Shown: piece after piece, positions 18,483 to 28,571 of the stretch
Layout: every line of letters starts with the position of its first letter
Numbering within the stretch: the stretch's first letter is position 1
DNA from: an uncultured virus (IMG/VR IMGVR_UViG_3300042691_032560)
Lineage: Duplodnaviria > Heunggongvirae > Uroviricota > Caudoviricetes
Direction: 5' to 3' (one strand)
Virus record (IMG/VR): IMGVR_UViG_3300042691_032560
DNA length: 64,000 nt
Program-made: the position numbers and the translations under genes
Notes under the pieces: generated by a model
What the model was told of the DNA's origin: nothing
Databases searched by the model: none
What the model saw: only the letters and a program-made list of their open reading frames with translations

Positions 18483-19003
18483 ACTCTTTTTGAGTAAGAT
18501 ACGACTTGATAGAAATCTTTTTTATTTTGACAATAATCACTCATGAGTTGGAGTAGATTTTTGAACATGAACGCGTTTGGCGTTTGTTTTTCACAACGTA
18601 TAAATAACTCAATAAGTGTAGAAACAAACTCGAGTGAAAATTCTCCCAAATTATCTAACGTAAAATGTTTTTCATTGAAGTAGTCTTTATATATCAATTG
18701 GTAGTTACCCCTCTCTTCAACCGTTTTGAACGGTTCAATAACATCATAGAGTTCAATCCATTCATTTACAAATAAACATAGTTCATCGGGAGCAAACTTA
18801 GATTTGATAATTAAATCAACAATCCAATGAGTATGGGATGGTGCTCTCAATCTTTTATTCGGAGCTTTATATTTGACAATAAAATCTAAATCAGGATTCG
18901 CACCACGCGAACCCTGATATATAACAACGGTATTACCATCATCCAACTCCCATGAGTTGACAGGTACGTGTAATACTCCTTTTTTTCTAAAAGAAAGGTT
19001 CAT
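18479..19003 (-). CDS. hypothetical protein
   Basis: 174 aa; RAPSHTHWIVD motif, function not recognised. Confidence 0.7.
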   Translation of the reverse strand: MNLSFRKKGVLHVPVNSWELDDGNTVVIYQGSRGANPDLDFIVKYKAPNKRLRAPSHTHWIVDLIIKSKFAPDELCLFVNEWIELYDVIEPFKTVEERGNYQLIYKDYFNEKHFTLDNLGEFSLEFVSTLIELFIRCEKQTPNAFMFKNLLQLMSDYCQNKKDFYQVVSYSKRV

Positions 19004-19005
19004 AA

Positions 19006-19287
19006 CTAACCTAAGTGTTCTTTGATAATACCTAAAGCTTTGTCCAAATCTTCGAAATCTTTTCCAGGTGCGTACAAATACGACTTTGGATTTTCATTCG
19101 GAGATTCTATAACCATAAAAGAAGGAACAAAATCATTTCCCGTGGCTTTCACGAAAGCGTCATATTCCTCTTTGTTTTCGTTAATATCTCTATTTACGAA
19201 CCCAATGTTATTCTCAGTCAATTTTGTTTTAAATTGTTCACAGAATCCACATGTTTTCATTGTGAACACAACTACAATCTTATCCAT
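19006..19287 (-). CDS. glutaredoxin-like protein
   Basis: CGFC active site; VPSF cis-Pro motif. Confidence 0.8.
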   Translation of the reverse strand: MDKIVVVFTMKTCGFCEQFKTKLTENNIGFVNRDINENKEEYDAFVKATGNDFVPSFMVIESPNENPKSYLYAPGKDFEDLDKALGIIKEHLG

Positions 19288-19603
19288 TTAATAAATTTTT
19301 TGCTAAATCTAATATCATATTTTCCTGTAACAATCCCACTTTAGTGTTCATTTCTTTACCATTCGCAAAACTTTTTACGGTTGGCACACTTCTAATACCT
19401 AATGACGCCGCCATTTCTCTATTTTTATCGACATCCATAGTGTAAAGTTTTACTTCAGATTTTTGATTTTCCAAATCTTTAGCAACTTTTTCATAAATTG
19501 GTTTTAAGATTTTACAGGGACCACACCAACTTCCATAAAAGTCGACAATTAATTTTTCCCCTTTTTGAATTTTTTCCTTTAGTTCTTGCGTTCCTATTTC
19601 CAT
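19280..19603 (-). CDS. trxA: thioredoxin
   Basis: WCGPCK; IRSVPT. Confidence 0.92.
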   Translation of the reverse strand: MEIGTQELKEKIQKGEKLIVDFYGSWCGPCKILKPIYEKVAKDLENQKSEVKLYTMDVDKNREMAASLGIRSVPTVKSFANGKEMNTKVGLLQENMILDLAKNLLNG

Positions 19604-19616
19604 ATTTTTTGTTTTT

Positions 19617-20276
19617 TTATATATCCGACCATCTTCTATTATTTTTCAAATCATAGAAAAAATTTTCGTAGACTTGGGGATATAATTTTTTAAGTTCTTT
19701 TATTTTGAACCCTTCATTTATTTTTTGTTTAATTTCTTTTACTAATTCAAAACTGTACTTTGATTTTTTTCTATTTCCAATTTTAATATTTTCTACTCTT
19801 TTTTTTCTTTCTTCTTCGGTCATTTCTTTCCATTCCGAATTTTCTCTCCTTTTTAATTTTTCCTCTTCGGCTCTATCACCATATAATTGTTCATAAGTCT
19901 TTCCTTTATGAGAATTTCCTTTTTTAGTATTTTCCGATATTTTTTTTCTTATATCATCAGAATGAACATATCCTAAACAACCTTCTCCTCCTAATGTTGA
20001 ATTTAAACCATTTTTAAAAGTATCATATTTTTCAATATATTTTTTTTCGGTTTCGTAAATAATATTCAAGTCACATTCTTCAATCAATTCTATAGTAAAA
20101 TTTTCTTTACCGTATTTTTTTATTGAATTGTATAACTTTGACTTATAATCAGTTTTGAGACATCTATACAAATGTTCTTCGAATCTGTGTTTGATTGGAT
20201 TCACAGTACACCCAATATAAATCAAACCATTAACTAAGTTTGTTATTTTGTATATTTTTCCTTTTTCTGTGCTCAT
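19617..20276 (-). CDS. GIY-YIG homing endonuclease, free-standing (start revised)
   Basis: GKIYKITN...IYIG, RFEEH, EKKYI and GLNST.GG motifs; basic C-terminal DNA-binding region. Confidence 0.85.
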   Translation of the reverse strand: MSTEKGKIYKITNLVNGLIYIGCTVNPIKHRFEEHLYRCLKTDYKSKLYNSIKKYGKENFTIELIEECDLNIIYETEKKYIEKYDTFKNGLNSTLGGEGCLGYVHSDDIRKKISENTKKGNSHKGKTYEQLYGDRAEEEKLKRRENSEWKEMTEEERKKRVENIKIGNRKKSKYSFELVKEIKQKINEGFKIKELKKLYPQVYENFFYDLKNNRRWSDI

Positions 20277-20315
20277 TGGTGTCTTTTGTATAAATATCAC
20301 CATTGTGCCTAAATT

Positions 20316-20633
20316 TTATTTTTTATTTAGATTGTGTATTGTGAATTCTGAAACACTTTGTCTATCAATAGTGGTCATGAATGTCACATCGGTTATAGGA
20401 GATTCGTCATCTCTTAAAATATAAATATAGATACCCATCGCATCATATTCAACTAATTTCTCTTTTATAAACACACCGTTATATCTAAAAACGGATGAAA
20501 ACCATATTGTTCTTGATTTAGAAGTTAGTTTTTCAATACGTTCATCGTTATCCATCTTTATTTGAATAAATGACGGTTCATAACCAAATGTGGTTTTAAA
20601 TTTGTCAACACAAAATTTAGGTATTTCAATCAT
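20316..20633 (-). CDS. hypothetical protein
   Basis: 105 aa ORF in operon. Confidence 0.65.
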   Translation of the reverse strand: MIEIPKFCVDKFKTTFGYEPSFIQIKMDNDERIEKLTSKSRTIWFSSVFRYNGVFIKEKLVEYDAMGIYIYILRDDESPITDVTFMTTIDRQSVSEFTIHNLNKK

Positions 20634-20634
20634 A

Positions 20635-22359
20635 TTAGAAATTTAAATCATCATCTAAAATAGTAACTAAATCATTACCACTATAATCAATATTTAAAAC
20701 CTTTTTATCCTCCCAAACTAAGATGTCAGTCGCATTTAATACATACATTTGATATCTTAAACCACTATAACTTTGTGGTTTTTCGAATATTGAGCCAGAA
20801 ATAAATTCTTTGTTTCCAACTTTACAAACAATCTTAGGTAACTCAAATAAATTGTATTCGGTGGATTCAAACATTCTCTTATCTAATATTTGAAGTGGTA
20901 TTTCCCAACTCTCCTCTAAATCTTTATTAAACCTTCCTCTGGTTTGTACCCTTTGGATTTCAATTTCTTTTTCTTTGAGGATTTTGTATTCAACCGTGGC
21001 TCTTTCCTTTGATTCAGGGTCATTCTTTCTGAAGGAAATAATTAAGGCCTCAGCTCTTTGAATATAACCTTTCACACAATTAGATTGAATGAAGGACTCT
21101 GTGTTATACTCTTTGGAGGTTTTAAGTATTACAGGGTAATATGTGTTATCCCCATCCTTAATCGGTTGAGTTAGATAATCCTCAAATCTATCTCCGTAAA
21201 TTCTACGGAAGGTTCCTTTGGTATAATATTGATTAAGTTCAGTTAAATTCAAATGTTCTTCCCTAAACTCATCATAAGTTGTTGAGTTCCATCTAACATC
21301 CTCAAATCGTCGAATGTTTTTAATGAAGGTTATGTGGTCGGAAAATGTGTGGAGGTCCACCTCATTTTTGGCAACCAATTTGAATATCTCAAAAATATTA
21401 TTACGTTCCTTTTTAGATGTTATAACTGAGAAATCCATACGTGGTTCAGAATTAACTGTACATTCAAATAAAATTTGAACCACGTCATCACTTTGACCCA
21501 AAATAAAATCATTCCCGAATAAATTTACGGCGGTTTTAAAAAAGTCCGCATTAAAATGTCTAACTCTGTGTAGTACCCGTTTAATTTTATCCCCACTTAA
21601 ACCGTTAAGTTTCATAATAGAGTCCAAATACTTTGGTCCATTCTTTTTGTAATCTATAGTTTTTGGTTGAGGCCACATGTTACCAAAGACTCCCCAATTG
21701 TTACAAAGTTTTATACCTTTGTTATTTAGAATGGTGCCATACAAAGTCTGTGTAGAGATTTTGTTTTCCTCATATCTTATTTTTGGTATGTGGGATAAAA
21801 ACTCTCTGAATGCATCGTGACCAATTGTTACGTTTACTTTTTTACCGGGATGGTCCTCAAATATGTGATTAAACAGTAAATTAATACTACTAATTTTATC
21901 TCTAACTATGTCAGTTGTGAAAGTAAAAATCCTTACTGACTTTGAGGTTTTTCTTTTCTTATGGAAGTTATTAATTGAACCTACGTACAAACAGTTCTTT
22001 TTAATGTTATAAGAAATATAAGAACAATTAGTTGTAATTTTGTAATACTTTTTACCAACTGCTTTTATTCTTGCATACAAAAACCATTTGAGGGTGATTT
22101 TGTTCTCATTTTTAACCACAAACACGCTAAGTCTCTTGTGTTCCAACCTACATAAAGTATTGGTTTTATTTACCTCAAAATCTTCATTACTTTCAGACCT
22201 CCTTTTTTCATTCCATACCGTTACAGGTGGGTTATAAAGAAAAGGATACAAACCGAAAACATCGATTTCTCCCTCAGGGACTGGTTCCTTAAGGGGATTG
22301 AAGTCATAATATTCTATGACCTTATGAGTTTCAAATTTTTTACCAAATACTTCTTCCAT
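20635..22359 (-). CDS. PcfJ-like domain protein
   Basis: C-terminal ES..QSNCVKGY, IISFR, TVEY and Q.RGRFN motifs. Confidence 0.7.
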   Translation of the reverse strand: MEEVFGKKFETHKVIEYYDFNPLKEPVPEGEIDVFGLYPFLYNPPVTVWNEKRRSESNEDFEVNKTNTLCRLEHKRLSVFVVKNENKITLKWFLYARIKAVGKKYYKITTNCSYISYNIKKNCLYVGSINNFHKKRKTSKSVRIFTFTTDIVRDKISSINLLFNHIFEDHPGKKVNVTIGHDAFREFLSHIPKIRYEENKISTQTLYGTILNNKGIKLCNNWGVFGNMWPQPKTIDYKKNGPKYLDSIMKLNGLSGDKIKRVLHRVRHFNADFFKTAVNLFGNDFILGQSDDVVQILFECTVNSEPRMDFSVITSKKERNNIFEIFKLVAKNEVDLHTFSDHITFIKNIRRFEDVRWNSTTYDEFREEHLNLTELNQYYTKGTFRRIYGDRFEDYLTQPIKDGDNTYYPVILKTSKEYNTESFIQSNCVKGYIQRAEALIISFRKNDPESKERATVEYKILKEKEIEIQRVQTRGRFNKDLEESWEIPLQILDKRMFESTEYNLFELPKIVCKVGNKEFISGSIFEKPQSYSGLRYQMYVLNATDILVWEDKKVLNIDYSGNDLVTILDDDLNF

Positions 22360-22375
22360 AAAATAAAGTTAAAAG

Positions 22376-22395
22376 TGGGGGAGTTTCCTCCCCCA
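22376..22395 (-). terminator. GC-rich hairpin, probable terminator
   Basis: TGGGGGAG-TTTC-CTCCCCCA with an A run to its left on + strand. Confidence 0.65.
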
Positions 22396-22402
22396 TGTTT
22401 AA

Positions 22403-23152
22403 TTAGATGTAGGACTCAGCGAGTTCCCACAATTTTTGGTTAATCATGGTGTCCATAGTCAGGGATGTGATTGGTTTCACCTGACGTGTTTTGTTACTCT
22501 GTTGTTTAACAAAACCACCACGAATTAGTTTCTCTTGAACTACATTGAATGTGTTCCAAAGTGTCGGGTCCATGTCATCACGACGGATTGGATTAAGAAT
22601 ACTATCGATGGTCATTGTTGAGATATCCTCGGTATTCTTCCATCGGATTCCCATCGCCTTGGTTGCAAAGTCAACCTGTTTGTCTGTATCCATCTTAACC
22701 TCAGTCATACGGTTAACAGAACGTTCTATCACAGGAGTTGACTTGATGAATGTCTCAGTAATCATCTCAACCTCGTCCATTGAGATTTTCATGTGACGTT
22801 GATTGAGTGAAATCAATTCTTGTTGTGAAATAACAAGCCCGTTGGAACATACGAGTCGGAATAGTCCTGCTCCGATTTCGAGTTTAGATGTACCATTGTG
22901 TGAGTTGGTAATAATAGCCTCAACCAAAGAATCACCGACTTTTGGTAGGACTGAGTTCCTCATACGAACTGAGTGTCGTCCAAACGGACCCGAACCTACT
23001 TGATTAGCTTTTGATATTTCCCAACCTGCGTCAATAAATTTATTTACGACATCAATGGTTGGGACCATCATATAACGGTCAGATAGTTTTGGGGATTTTT
23101 CTGTGGTGAATACTGATGGTGCTACTGATTGAAGTTCTTGGATTGTCATCAT
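22403..23152 (-). CDS. DUF932 family protein
   Basis: APSVF, SDRY..VPT, NSHNG, GLFRLVCSNG and LWN.FN.VQE motifs. Confidence 0.85.
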   Translation of the reverse strand: MMTIQELQSVAPSVFTTEKSPKLSDRYMMVPTIDVVNKFIDAGWEISKANQVGSGPFGRHSVRMRNSVLPKVGDSLVEAIITNSHNGTSKLEIGAGLFRLVCSNGLVISQQELISLNQRHMKISMDEVEMITETFIKSTPVIERSVNRMTEVKMDTDKQVDFATKAMGIRWKNTEDISTMTIDSILNPIRRDDMDPTLWNTFNVVQEKLIRGGFVKQQSNKTRQVKPITSLTMDTMINQKLWELAESYI

Positions 23153-23176
23153 GGGTTATTGTTTTTAATTGTGGTA

Positions 23177-23208
23177 CAAATATATGGCGGAAACTCTATC
23201 CCACCAAA
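23177..23208 (-). promoter_or_regulatory. Bacteroidota-type promoter
   Basis: TTTG (23208-23205), 20 nt, TATATTTG (23184-23177). Confidence 0.65.
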
Positions 23209-23499
23209 TTAATTTAAACAAAAAGTTCCGAACTTGTTTTTAACAAATATTTTGTTAATAACTTCCAATTCTTCTTTGGTACCTTTAACACCTTTGATAT
23301 CCAATACAATATTAATTAATTGTTGATTTGTTAGAGTTACTTCGTCTCCATTTTCAACATTTTCAGTACAGGCTTCCCTTACTTTATCAAAAAAGGTCTC
23401 TTTCATTGAAGTTCCAATAAGTTCGGTCAAATCGTTTGGGTTTTTCTCAAAAAATGAGATAAGTTGGTTTAGGTAAATTTCAACATCAATGTTCTTCAT
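23209..23499 (-). CDS. hypothetical protein
   Basis: 96 aa ORF. Confidence 0.65.
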   Translation of the reverse strand: MKNIDVEIYLNQLISFFEKNPNDLTELIGTSMKETFFDKVREACTENVENGDEVTLTNQQLINIVLDIKGVKGTKEELEVINKIFVKNKFGTFCLN

Positions 23500-23511
23500 A
23501 CAAAATATTTT

Positions 23512-24903
23512 TTAAGTAAGATAGTAAAATCCTTCTCCTTCGTCAGACAATACCTCTTTAAGTGCCGGTGGTATCTCAACATTTGGATTTGCTCCTTTAA
23601 GGTTGAGTAGGGCCAAATTAGGTATGTCCTTGATTGATTCTGGCAAAGATACTAAATCTTTGTTATTTGCCAAATTCAAAAACTTCAAATTTTTCAGGTC
23701 ACCCAAATTTTCAGGTAATGTTCTAACAATATTTGACATTAGTAACGCATCAAGGTTCTTAAATCTTGTGATACTTTCTGGAACATCCAAAGCAATATTT
23801 TCTTTTGATTTGTTTGTAACAATAAGATGTTCAATTGTATCAGGTAAACTTTCAAATAATTCTTCAAATCCGTATAGAGCAATAAACTTACCCGCCGAAC
23901 TATCAGGATAATTAACTTCAACTTTATTTCCACCTTTACTTACCAAACCTTTTGCAAATTCAGGTTTAAAGAACTCTTTAAGTTCAGACATTTTTCCATT
24001 TAACAATTCAACTAAACTTACAGTTCTATCGTGTCTATCCATAAATTGATTAGATGGGAAGTGAAACTGATATCTTTCAACTGGAAGTCCTGTTCTTTTA
24101 CCAACTTGTCCTTTATCATCGTTTGGTAAAACAACATACAAAGGTCCATCTTTAATGTATGTATTAAAGTAACTTAATCCAGGTGCGGATGTACACCATC
24201 TTGATTCACCATTATCTCCATCTTGGTAACCTCCGAAAAATATTGCGGCATTTTTTCCAATCTCACCTTTATCTTCAATCTTAATCAAAGTCCAATCAGA
24301 ACCTCTGTACATGATTTCACTACCAGGATATTGGTATGATGTTTTAGCTTGTTCTTTTTCCTCTTTGGATGCTTTGGTCTTTTCTAATTTAAAATCTTTA
24401 ACCAAATCATAAAGTTCACTAGCGGAGATTTTATTGATATCTCTTTTATCTTGAGGTAACTGATTCTTAAATCTCTCGTACTTTTTAAGGTCTTCGGTAA
24501 TTTTGTGTAAGTCTTCCAAGAACAAACTTTGATAATCTTTCATCATTCTTTTATACTCGGTAGTACCTTTTTCTATATTAGCTCTCTCATCTATGTCATC
24601 AAACGTAGGAGCCACAAAATTCTTCAACAACCATTGAGTATACTTACCAACTTTAACTTTCTCCATTTCTTCCTCTGTGGCAGTTAATATAAACTCCAAG
24701 CGACTTTCATTATCTGTAAATCTTGGGCCTACTGTGGTTGGGTCAGCAAAAATAATATGTTTTAATACTTCAAAGGGCATCAATCCTTTTGCCTTTTTAC
24801 CCTCCTCGTCAGAACCTTTTGCGGGTTTAACCATTTTGTCATACAGAACTTGGAAACGTGATTGTTCCAAAATCAAATTTGTTAGAAGTTGTGTAAATCT
24901 CAT
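23512..24903 (-). CDS. leucine-rich-repeat protein with a central WCT-motif domain
   Basis: C-terminal LPENLGDLKNLKFLNLANN-type LRRs; leader ending LILEQ; TATTTAT 24927-24921. Confidence 0.75.
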   Translation of the reverse strand: MRFTQLLTNLILEQSRFQVLYDKMVKPAKGSDEEGKKAKGLMPFEVLKHIIFADPTTVGPRFTDNESRLEFILTATEEEMEKVKVGKYTQWLLKNFVAPTFDDIDERANIEKGTTEYKRMMKDYQSLFLEDLHKITEDLKKYERFKNQLPQDKRDINKISASELYDLVKDFKLEKTKASKEEKEQAKTSYQYPGSEIMYRGSDWTLIKIEDKGEIGKNAAIFFGGYQDGDNGESRWCTSAPGLSYFNTYIKDGPLYVVLPNDDKGQVGKRTGLPVERYQFHFPSNQFMDRHDRTVSLVELLNGKMSELKEFFKPEFAKGLVSKGGNKVEVNYPDSSAGKFIALYGFEELFESLPDTIEHLIVTNKSKENIALDVPESITRFKNLDALLMSNIVRTLPENLGDLKNLKFLNLANNKDLVSLPESIKDIPNLALLNLKGANPNVEIPPALKEVLSDEGEGFYYLT

Positions 24904-24936
24904 TTGAATGTTTTTACTTAATAAATATCAAATAAA

Positions 24937-25779
24937 TTAAAAATAATTCATAATAAGTAGTTCCTCTCCCATATTTTGGGTCTGTCCTTTTTTGGCGGCC
25001 GCGGCCTTAGCAAATTCTTTCTTTTCCCATCTATATTGGTCTTCAGGAAACCACTCGTGCAAAAGTACGAAATCATAGTAAGATAACGAAAACTTTCCTT
25101 CAATAGTTTTCAACACATTTGCCAGTCTCTCGTGGTCGTCACGGTCAAAGTCGTGATTTGAATAATAATTCTCGGTCTTCCAATACGGGGGGTCCAAATA
25201 GAAATAAGTTGTTGGGCTATCGAACTCCTTAATGACATTCTCAAAATCCCCCAATCTAAAATGACTTATCCTGTTAAAGTGTTCCACCCAATCAGGCTTT
25301 GATAACTTGTCTCTGAACGTAAGATACTTTGATTTATACTTACCCTTCAAATCAATAAACGAACTTGTTTCAGGTTTTGACCCACTGAACACTTGTGTAA
25401 GAACATACGCATACTTAGCGGCGACATCATAATCTGGATAGTTTATTGTAAATCCATCTCCAAATATTTCTTTTTGGAATGTGTTAAACTGTTCTCGATA
25501 GATTGACGGTGTCTCCTCAACTCCTTGTTGTTGGCAAGGTATATTATTTATTGCGTTTAACAAGACTGTTGGGTTCTGTAAACACATAAACAGATTGTAA
25601 TTTAGCGGATTGAAGTCATTATAAACAACCCTTTTTAGGTTGGGATATTGTTTCAAATCCATATTAAAGAAACACCAAAACATTCCTCCGAATGTTTCCA
25701 CGTATGTTTCCATGTCAGTTGGGTAATATGGAACTATCCACTTACCTATTTTTGATTTTCCTCCTATATAGCTTAACAT
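24937..25779 (-). CDS. DNA adenine methyltransferase (Dam/D12 class)
   Basis: YIGGKS, YVETFGG, YND, LDPPY and ELLIMNY motifs. Confidence 0.9.
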   Translation of the reverse strand: MLSYIGGKSKIGKWIVPYYPTDMETYVETFGGMFWCFFNMDLKQYPNLKRVVYNDFNPLNYNLFMCLQNPTVLLNAINNIPCQQQGVEETPSIYREQFNTFQKEIFGDGFTINYPDYDVAAKYAYVLTQVFSGSKPETSSFIDLKGKYKSKYLTFRDKLSKPDWVEHFNRISHFRLGDFENVIKEFDSPTTYFYLDPPYWKTENYYSNHDFDRDDHERLANVLKTIEGKFSLSYYDFVLLHEWFPEDQYRWEKKEFAKAAAAKKGQTQNMGEELLIMNYF

Positions 25780-25869
25780 GAGTTAATAATAAACAATAAA
25801 TTTTAAAAAGGCAAATAAAATATTTATAGATTTGAAAATAACCCTTATATTTTATTTAAAATTAATAAT

Positions 25870-26043
25870 ATGTCAAACAATATAATAGATGTCACCCCTG
25901 AAAAAAAATCATGTAGTAAGTGTAGCGCACAAAAAAAGTTGGAGACTCTTCCAACTTCTTTGATTGTTTTTACAGTTTATTTTTTAATATCCGCAGTTTA
26001 TGGGACCGTTAAAATTATCGAGAATATAATCAACCTCTTTTAA
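25870..26043 (+). CDS. small CxxC membrane protein (not in ORF track)
   Basis: 57 aa MSNN...CSKC...LIVFTVYFLISAVYGTV. Confidence 0.55.
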   Translation: MSNNIIDVTPEKKSCSKCSAQKKLETLPTSLIVFTVYFLISAVYGTVKIIENIINLF

Positions 26044-26962
26044 ACTTAACGAACAATTTTACATAAAGGTCTCCTTGACCTCCATTTTTGAACCCTTTAG
26101 ATTTTACTCTAAGGGGTTTTGATGTATCAAACTCTAAAGGAAAGTTAACTCTCATTTCACCGTCAGGATGAGGAACACCAACAGAATTTTTATTTAAATC
26201 ATCTAAATTGAGGTAAGAGTTATAAATTAAATCATTACCCATTTTTTCAAAGTTATCGGAATTAACCAAGTTGACTTTAATAACTAAGTTTCCGTAAAAA
26301 CCATTGTGATAATCACCTAAGTCATTCATTCTATAGAATTGACCGTTGTCTGAGCCGTGCGGTAATTTGAATGTCACACTTTCCATTTCAGACCTTGTAC
26401 CTTGTCCGTTACAAGTACCGCATCTCCTTGTCAATACAGAACCTTGTCCTCCACATAAATCACACATCTGTTGCATCATTTGAATGAACATTCCATTACC
26501 CATTCTAACTGTAACGAAACCTTGTCCATTACATTTACTACAGGTATTCCTATCACCCCCACTACCGCTACAAGTATTACAAGCGTGTTTACGACTATAA
26601 TTAATAGTTTTATCAACACCCAAATAAGATTCAATAACCGTAACATCAAGATTTACAACCTTATCAGGTACTTGAGGTCTTTGTTGACGTTGTTGTCTTC
26701 CTCCAAATTGAGAGAAAAAGTCTTCAAAAGGATTGAACCCTCCTCCAAACGGATTATTTTTCTGAGCGTCATACTGTCTGCGTTTATTCTCATCACCTAC
26801 CGTATCATACGCCTCTGATATTTTTTTAAATACTTGTTCATCCCCACCTTTGTCAGGGTGATGTTCTACCGCCTTCTTTCTATACGCCTTTTTAATTTCA
26901 TCTTGTGTTGCGGTTTCTGAAACACCTAAAATGTCATAATAACTTTCAGTACTCATAATCAA
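26030..26962 (-). CDS. dnaJ: DnaJ chaperone
   Basis: J-domain HPD, G/F region, four CxxCxGxG repeats and C-terminal domain. Confidence 0.93.
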   Translation of the reverse strand: MIMSTESYYDILGVSETATQDEIKKAYRKKAVEHHPDKGGDEQVFKKISEAYDTVGDENKRRQYDAQKNNPFGGGFNPFEDFFSQFGGRQQRQQRPQVPDKVVNLDVTVIESYLGVDKTINYSRKHACNTCSGSGGDRNTCSKCNGQGFVTVRMGNGMFIQMMQQMCDLCGGQGSVLTRRCGTCNGQGTRSEMESVTFKLPHGSDNGQFYRMNDLGDYHNGFYGNLVIKVNLVNSDNFEKMGNDLIYNSYLNLDDLNKNSVGVPHPDGEMRVNFPLEFDTSKPLRVKSKGFKNGGQGDLYVKLFVKFKRG

Positions 26963-26997
26963 TATTTAATATTATTTAATGATTCTTATTATTTAGT

Positions 26998-27639
26998 ATG
27001 GACTATAATTTCCAAATTGTTTTATTCAAAAATAAAGTAAAAAAGAAAATAATCAATAAGTTTAAAACTTATAAAAAAACAAATACTAAGTTCAAAAGTC
27101 TTATTGATGAATCTAATAATGTTATTTTCCCAGTTAAATATGAAAACGGTAATCCCTCATTTTATGAACTTGCAATATTAGAAAGAAAAAGTTCAAAGAA
27201 TGATAAAATATTCATCAAAGATGAGCTCGGCAGGCAAATCAAAGTTGATTTAGATGATGATGAATTTACTATCAGTAAAATAATTTCATTTGAAATTGAG
27301 GAAGAATTTTTAGACTATCAAACTAAAAAGAAAATAAACTCTAAAGATTTTGTTAGAAAATATCTTTCGGTGGTCGGTATCAAGATGATATCTAAATTAA
27401 ATAATAAGATTGTGGTTCAAATAGATGAGAGTTACAATTTATTCACTTTTAAGAATAACTCAGATGCTGATAGGTTTTTGGACGATTTAGGTCAATACTT
27501 AAGAAAAACAAACAAAAACGATTGTATATTAGTAAAAGATTACTCAACAATCCATAGGAAATACTTATATGATATTTTGGTTACCCAAGGGTTTCCTCGG
27601 ACTTATCTTCAGAGACATTCAACAACTCATCCAAAATAA
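26998..27639 (+). CDS. hypothetical basic protein
   Basis: 213 aa ORF. Confidence 0.7.
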   Translation: MDYNFQIVLFKNKVKKKIINKFKTYKKTNTKFKSLIDESNNVIFPVKYENGNPSFYELAILERKSSKNDKIFIKDELGRQIKVDLDDDEFTISKIISFEIEEEFLDYQTKKKINSKDFVRKYLSVVGIKMISKLNNKIVVQIDESYNLFTFKNNSDADRFLDDLGQYLRKTNKNDCILVKDYSTIHRKYLYDILVTQGFPRTYLQRHSTTHPK

Positions 27640-27847
27640 AGATAAATTCAACTCCTGATATATCAATTTTGAACTGGTTTAAATCAGGACTTACATTCTT
27701 AAATTGTTTTTTGGTTTCCTCAAAATCAATCTTATTAAGCTCAATAACAATAACTTTTCTACCGTTAATAAATAAGTTATCAATAGCGTCAGAAATTAAC
27801 GCCATTCTTTCTATCATCCCATAAATAATCTCAGGATTCTTTTCCAT
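27581..27847 (-). CDS. hypothetical protein
   Basis: 88 aa ORF. Confidence 0.6.
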   Translation of the reverse strand: MEKNPEIIYGMIERMALISDAIDNLFINGRKVIVIELNKIDFEETKKQFKNVSPDLNQFKIDISGVEFIFILDELLNVSEDKSEETLG

Positions 27848-27990
27848 AGACTCAGTTTTTTAGGAACTACATCCTCTTTTTTTATTTTTTTAATTTGTTG
27901 GATAAACTTAAGTTTTTCATTTTCAATGTCTCGTTTATCCTTCTCAATTTCACTTTGTAGCCACTGCAGTTGTTTTGAGCTCGTCTTCAT
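27814..27990 (-). CDS. small hypothetical protein (not in ORF track)
   Basis: 58 aa MKTSSKQLQWLQSEIEKDK...SLWKRILRLFMG filling the operon gap. Confidence 0.55.
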   Translation of the reverse strand: MKTSSKQLQWLQSEIEKDKRDIENEKLKFIQQIKKIKKEDVVPKKLSLWKRILRLFMG

Positions 27991-28381
27991 TGTCTTCTAA
28001 TTCTAAAGTTTGTGTTGACTTAATATCAAATTTGAGATTTTTTAAATTTGTTAGACTTTGTTTTTCAAATACATTTTTTAACTCGTCAACTTTGGATTGG
28101 AATAATCTTTCTTTTTCTTCTCTTTCCAAATTATAATTGATAATATTTTTAACATTTCCGGATACTCTCTCTACTTCTTCTTCATTAAACTCAGAAACAA
28201 ATGAGAATAGTTTTTCACCCGGTGTTTGTGATTCTTGTTGTAGGATTTTATCCTCTTCAACATACTTTTTGGGTAACTTCCATGATTCAGGAAAACTTAC
28301 ATCAAAACTTAAATAGTTTTTTAACTTCCTAACCGATTGTAAATAAGGAAATAAACTTGAAAATTCTTTATATAGACTCAT
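27950..28381 (-). CDS. hypothetical protein
   Basis: 143 aa ORF. Confidence 0.7.
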   Translation of the reverse strand: MSLYKEFSSLFPYLQSVRKLKNYLSFDVSFPESWKLPKKYVEEDKILQQESQTPGEKLFSFVSEFNEEEVERVSGNVKNIINYNLEREEKERLFQSKVDELKNVFEKQSLTNLKNLKFDIKSTQTLELEDNEDELKTTAVATK

Positions 28382-28385
28382 ATGA

Positions 28386-28571
28386 TTATCGAAATAAGTA
28401 AGTTATGATGTATGATATTGTTAATCCGAGGATAACAAGCTCCCTATCACTTTTAATAACTCTTGTTTCAGAGTTTTGTGACAGGGCGCCTATTAACCTA
28501 ACTGTTGTTCTTAAAACAACTAAAACTGAAAAAATGAAAATGAAAAAAAATAAATTATCTATATTAAGCAT
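28386..28571 (-). CDS. small two-TM membrane protein (start revised)
   Basis: MLNIDNLFFFIFIFSVLVVL...LVILGLTISYIITY. Confidence 0.6.
   Translation of the reverse strand: MLNIDNLFFFIFIFSVLVVLRTTVRLIGALSQNSETRVIKSDRELVILGLTISYIITYLFR

Noticed and set aside
13540..25779. Complete restriction-modification system
   Set aside because: Two methyltransferases but no recognisable cognate restriction enzyme; they are best read as orphan protective methylases.
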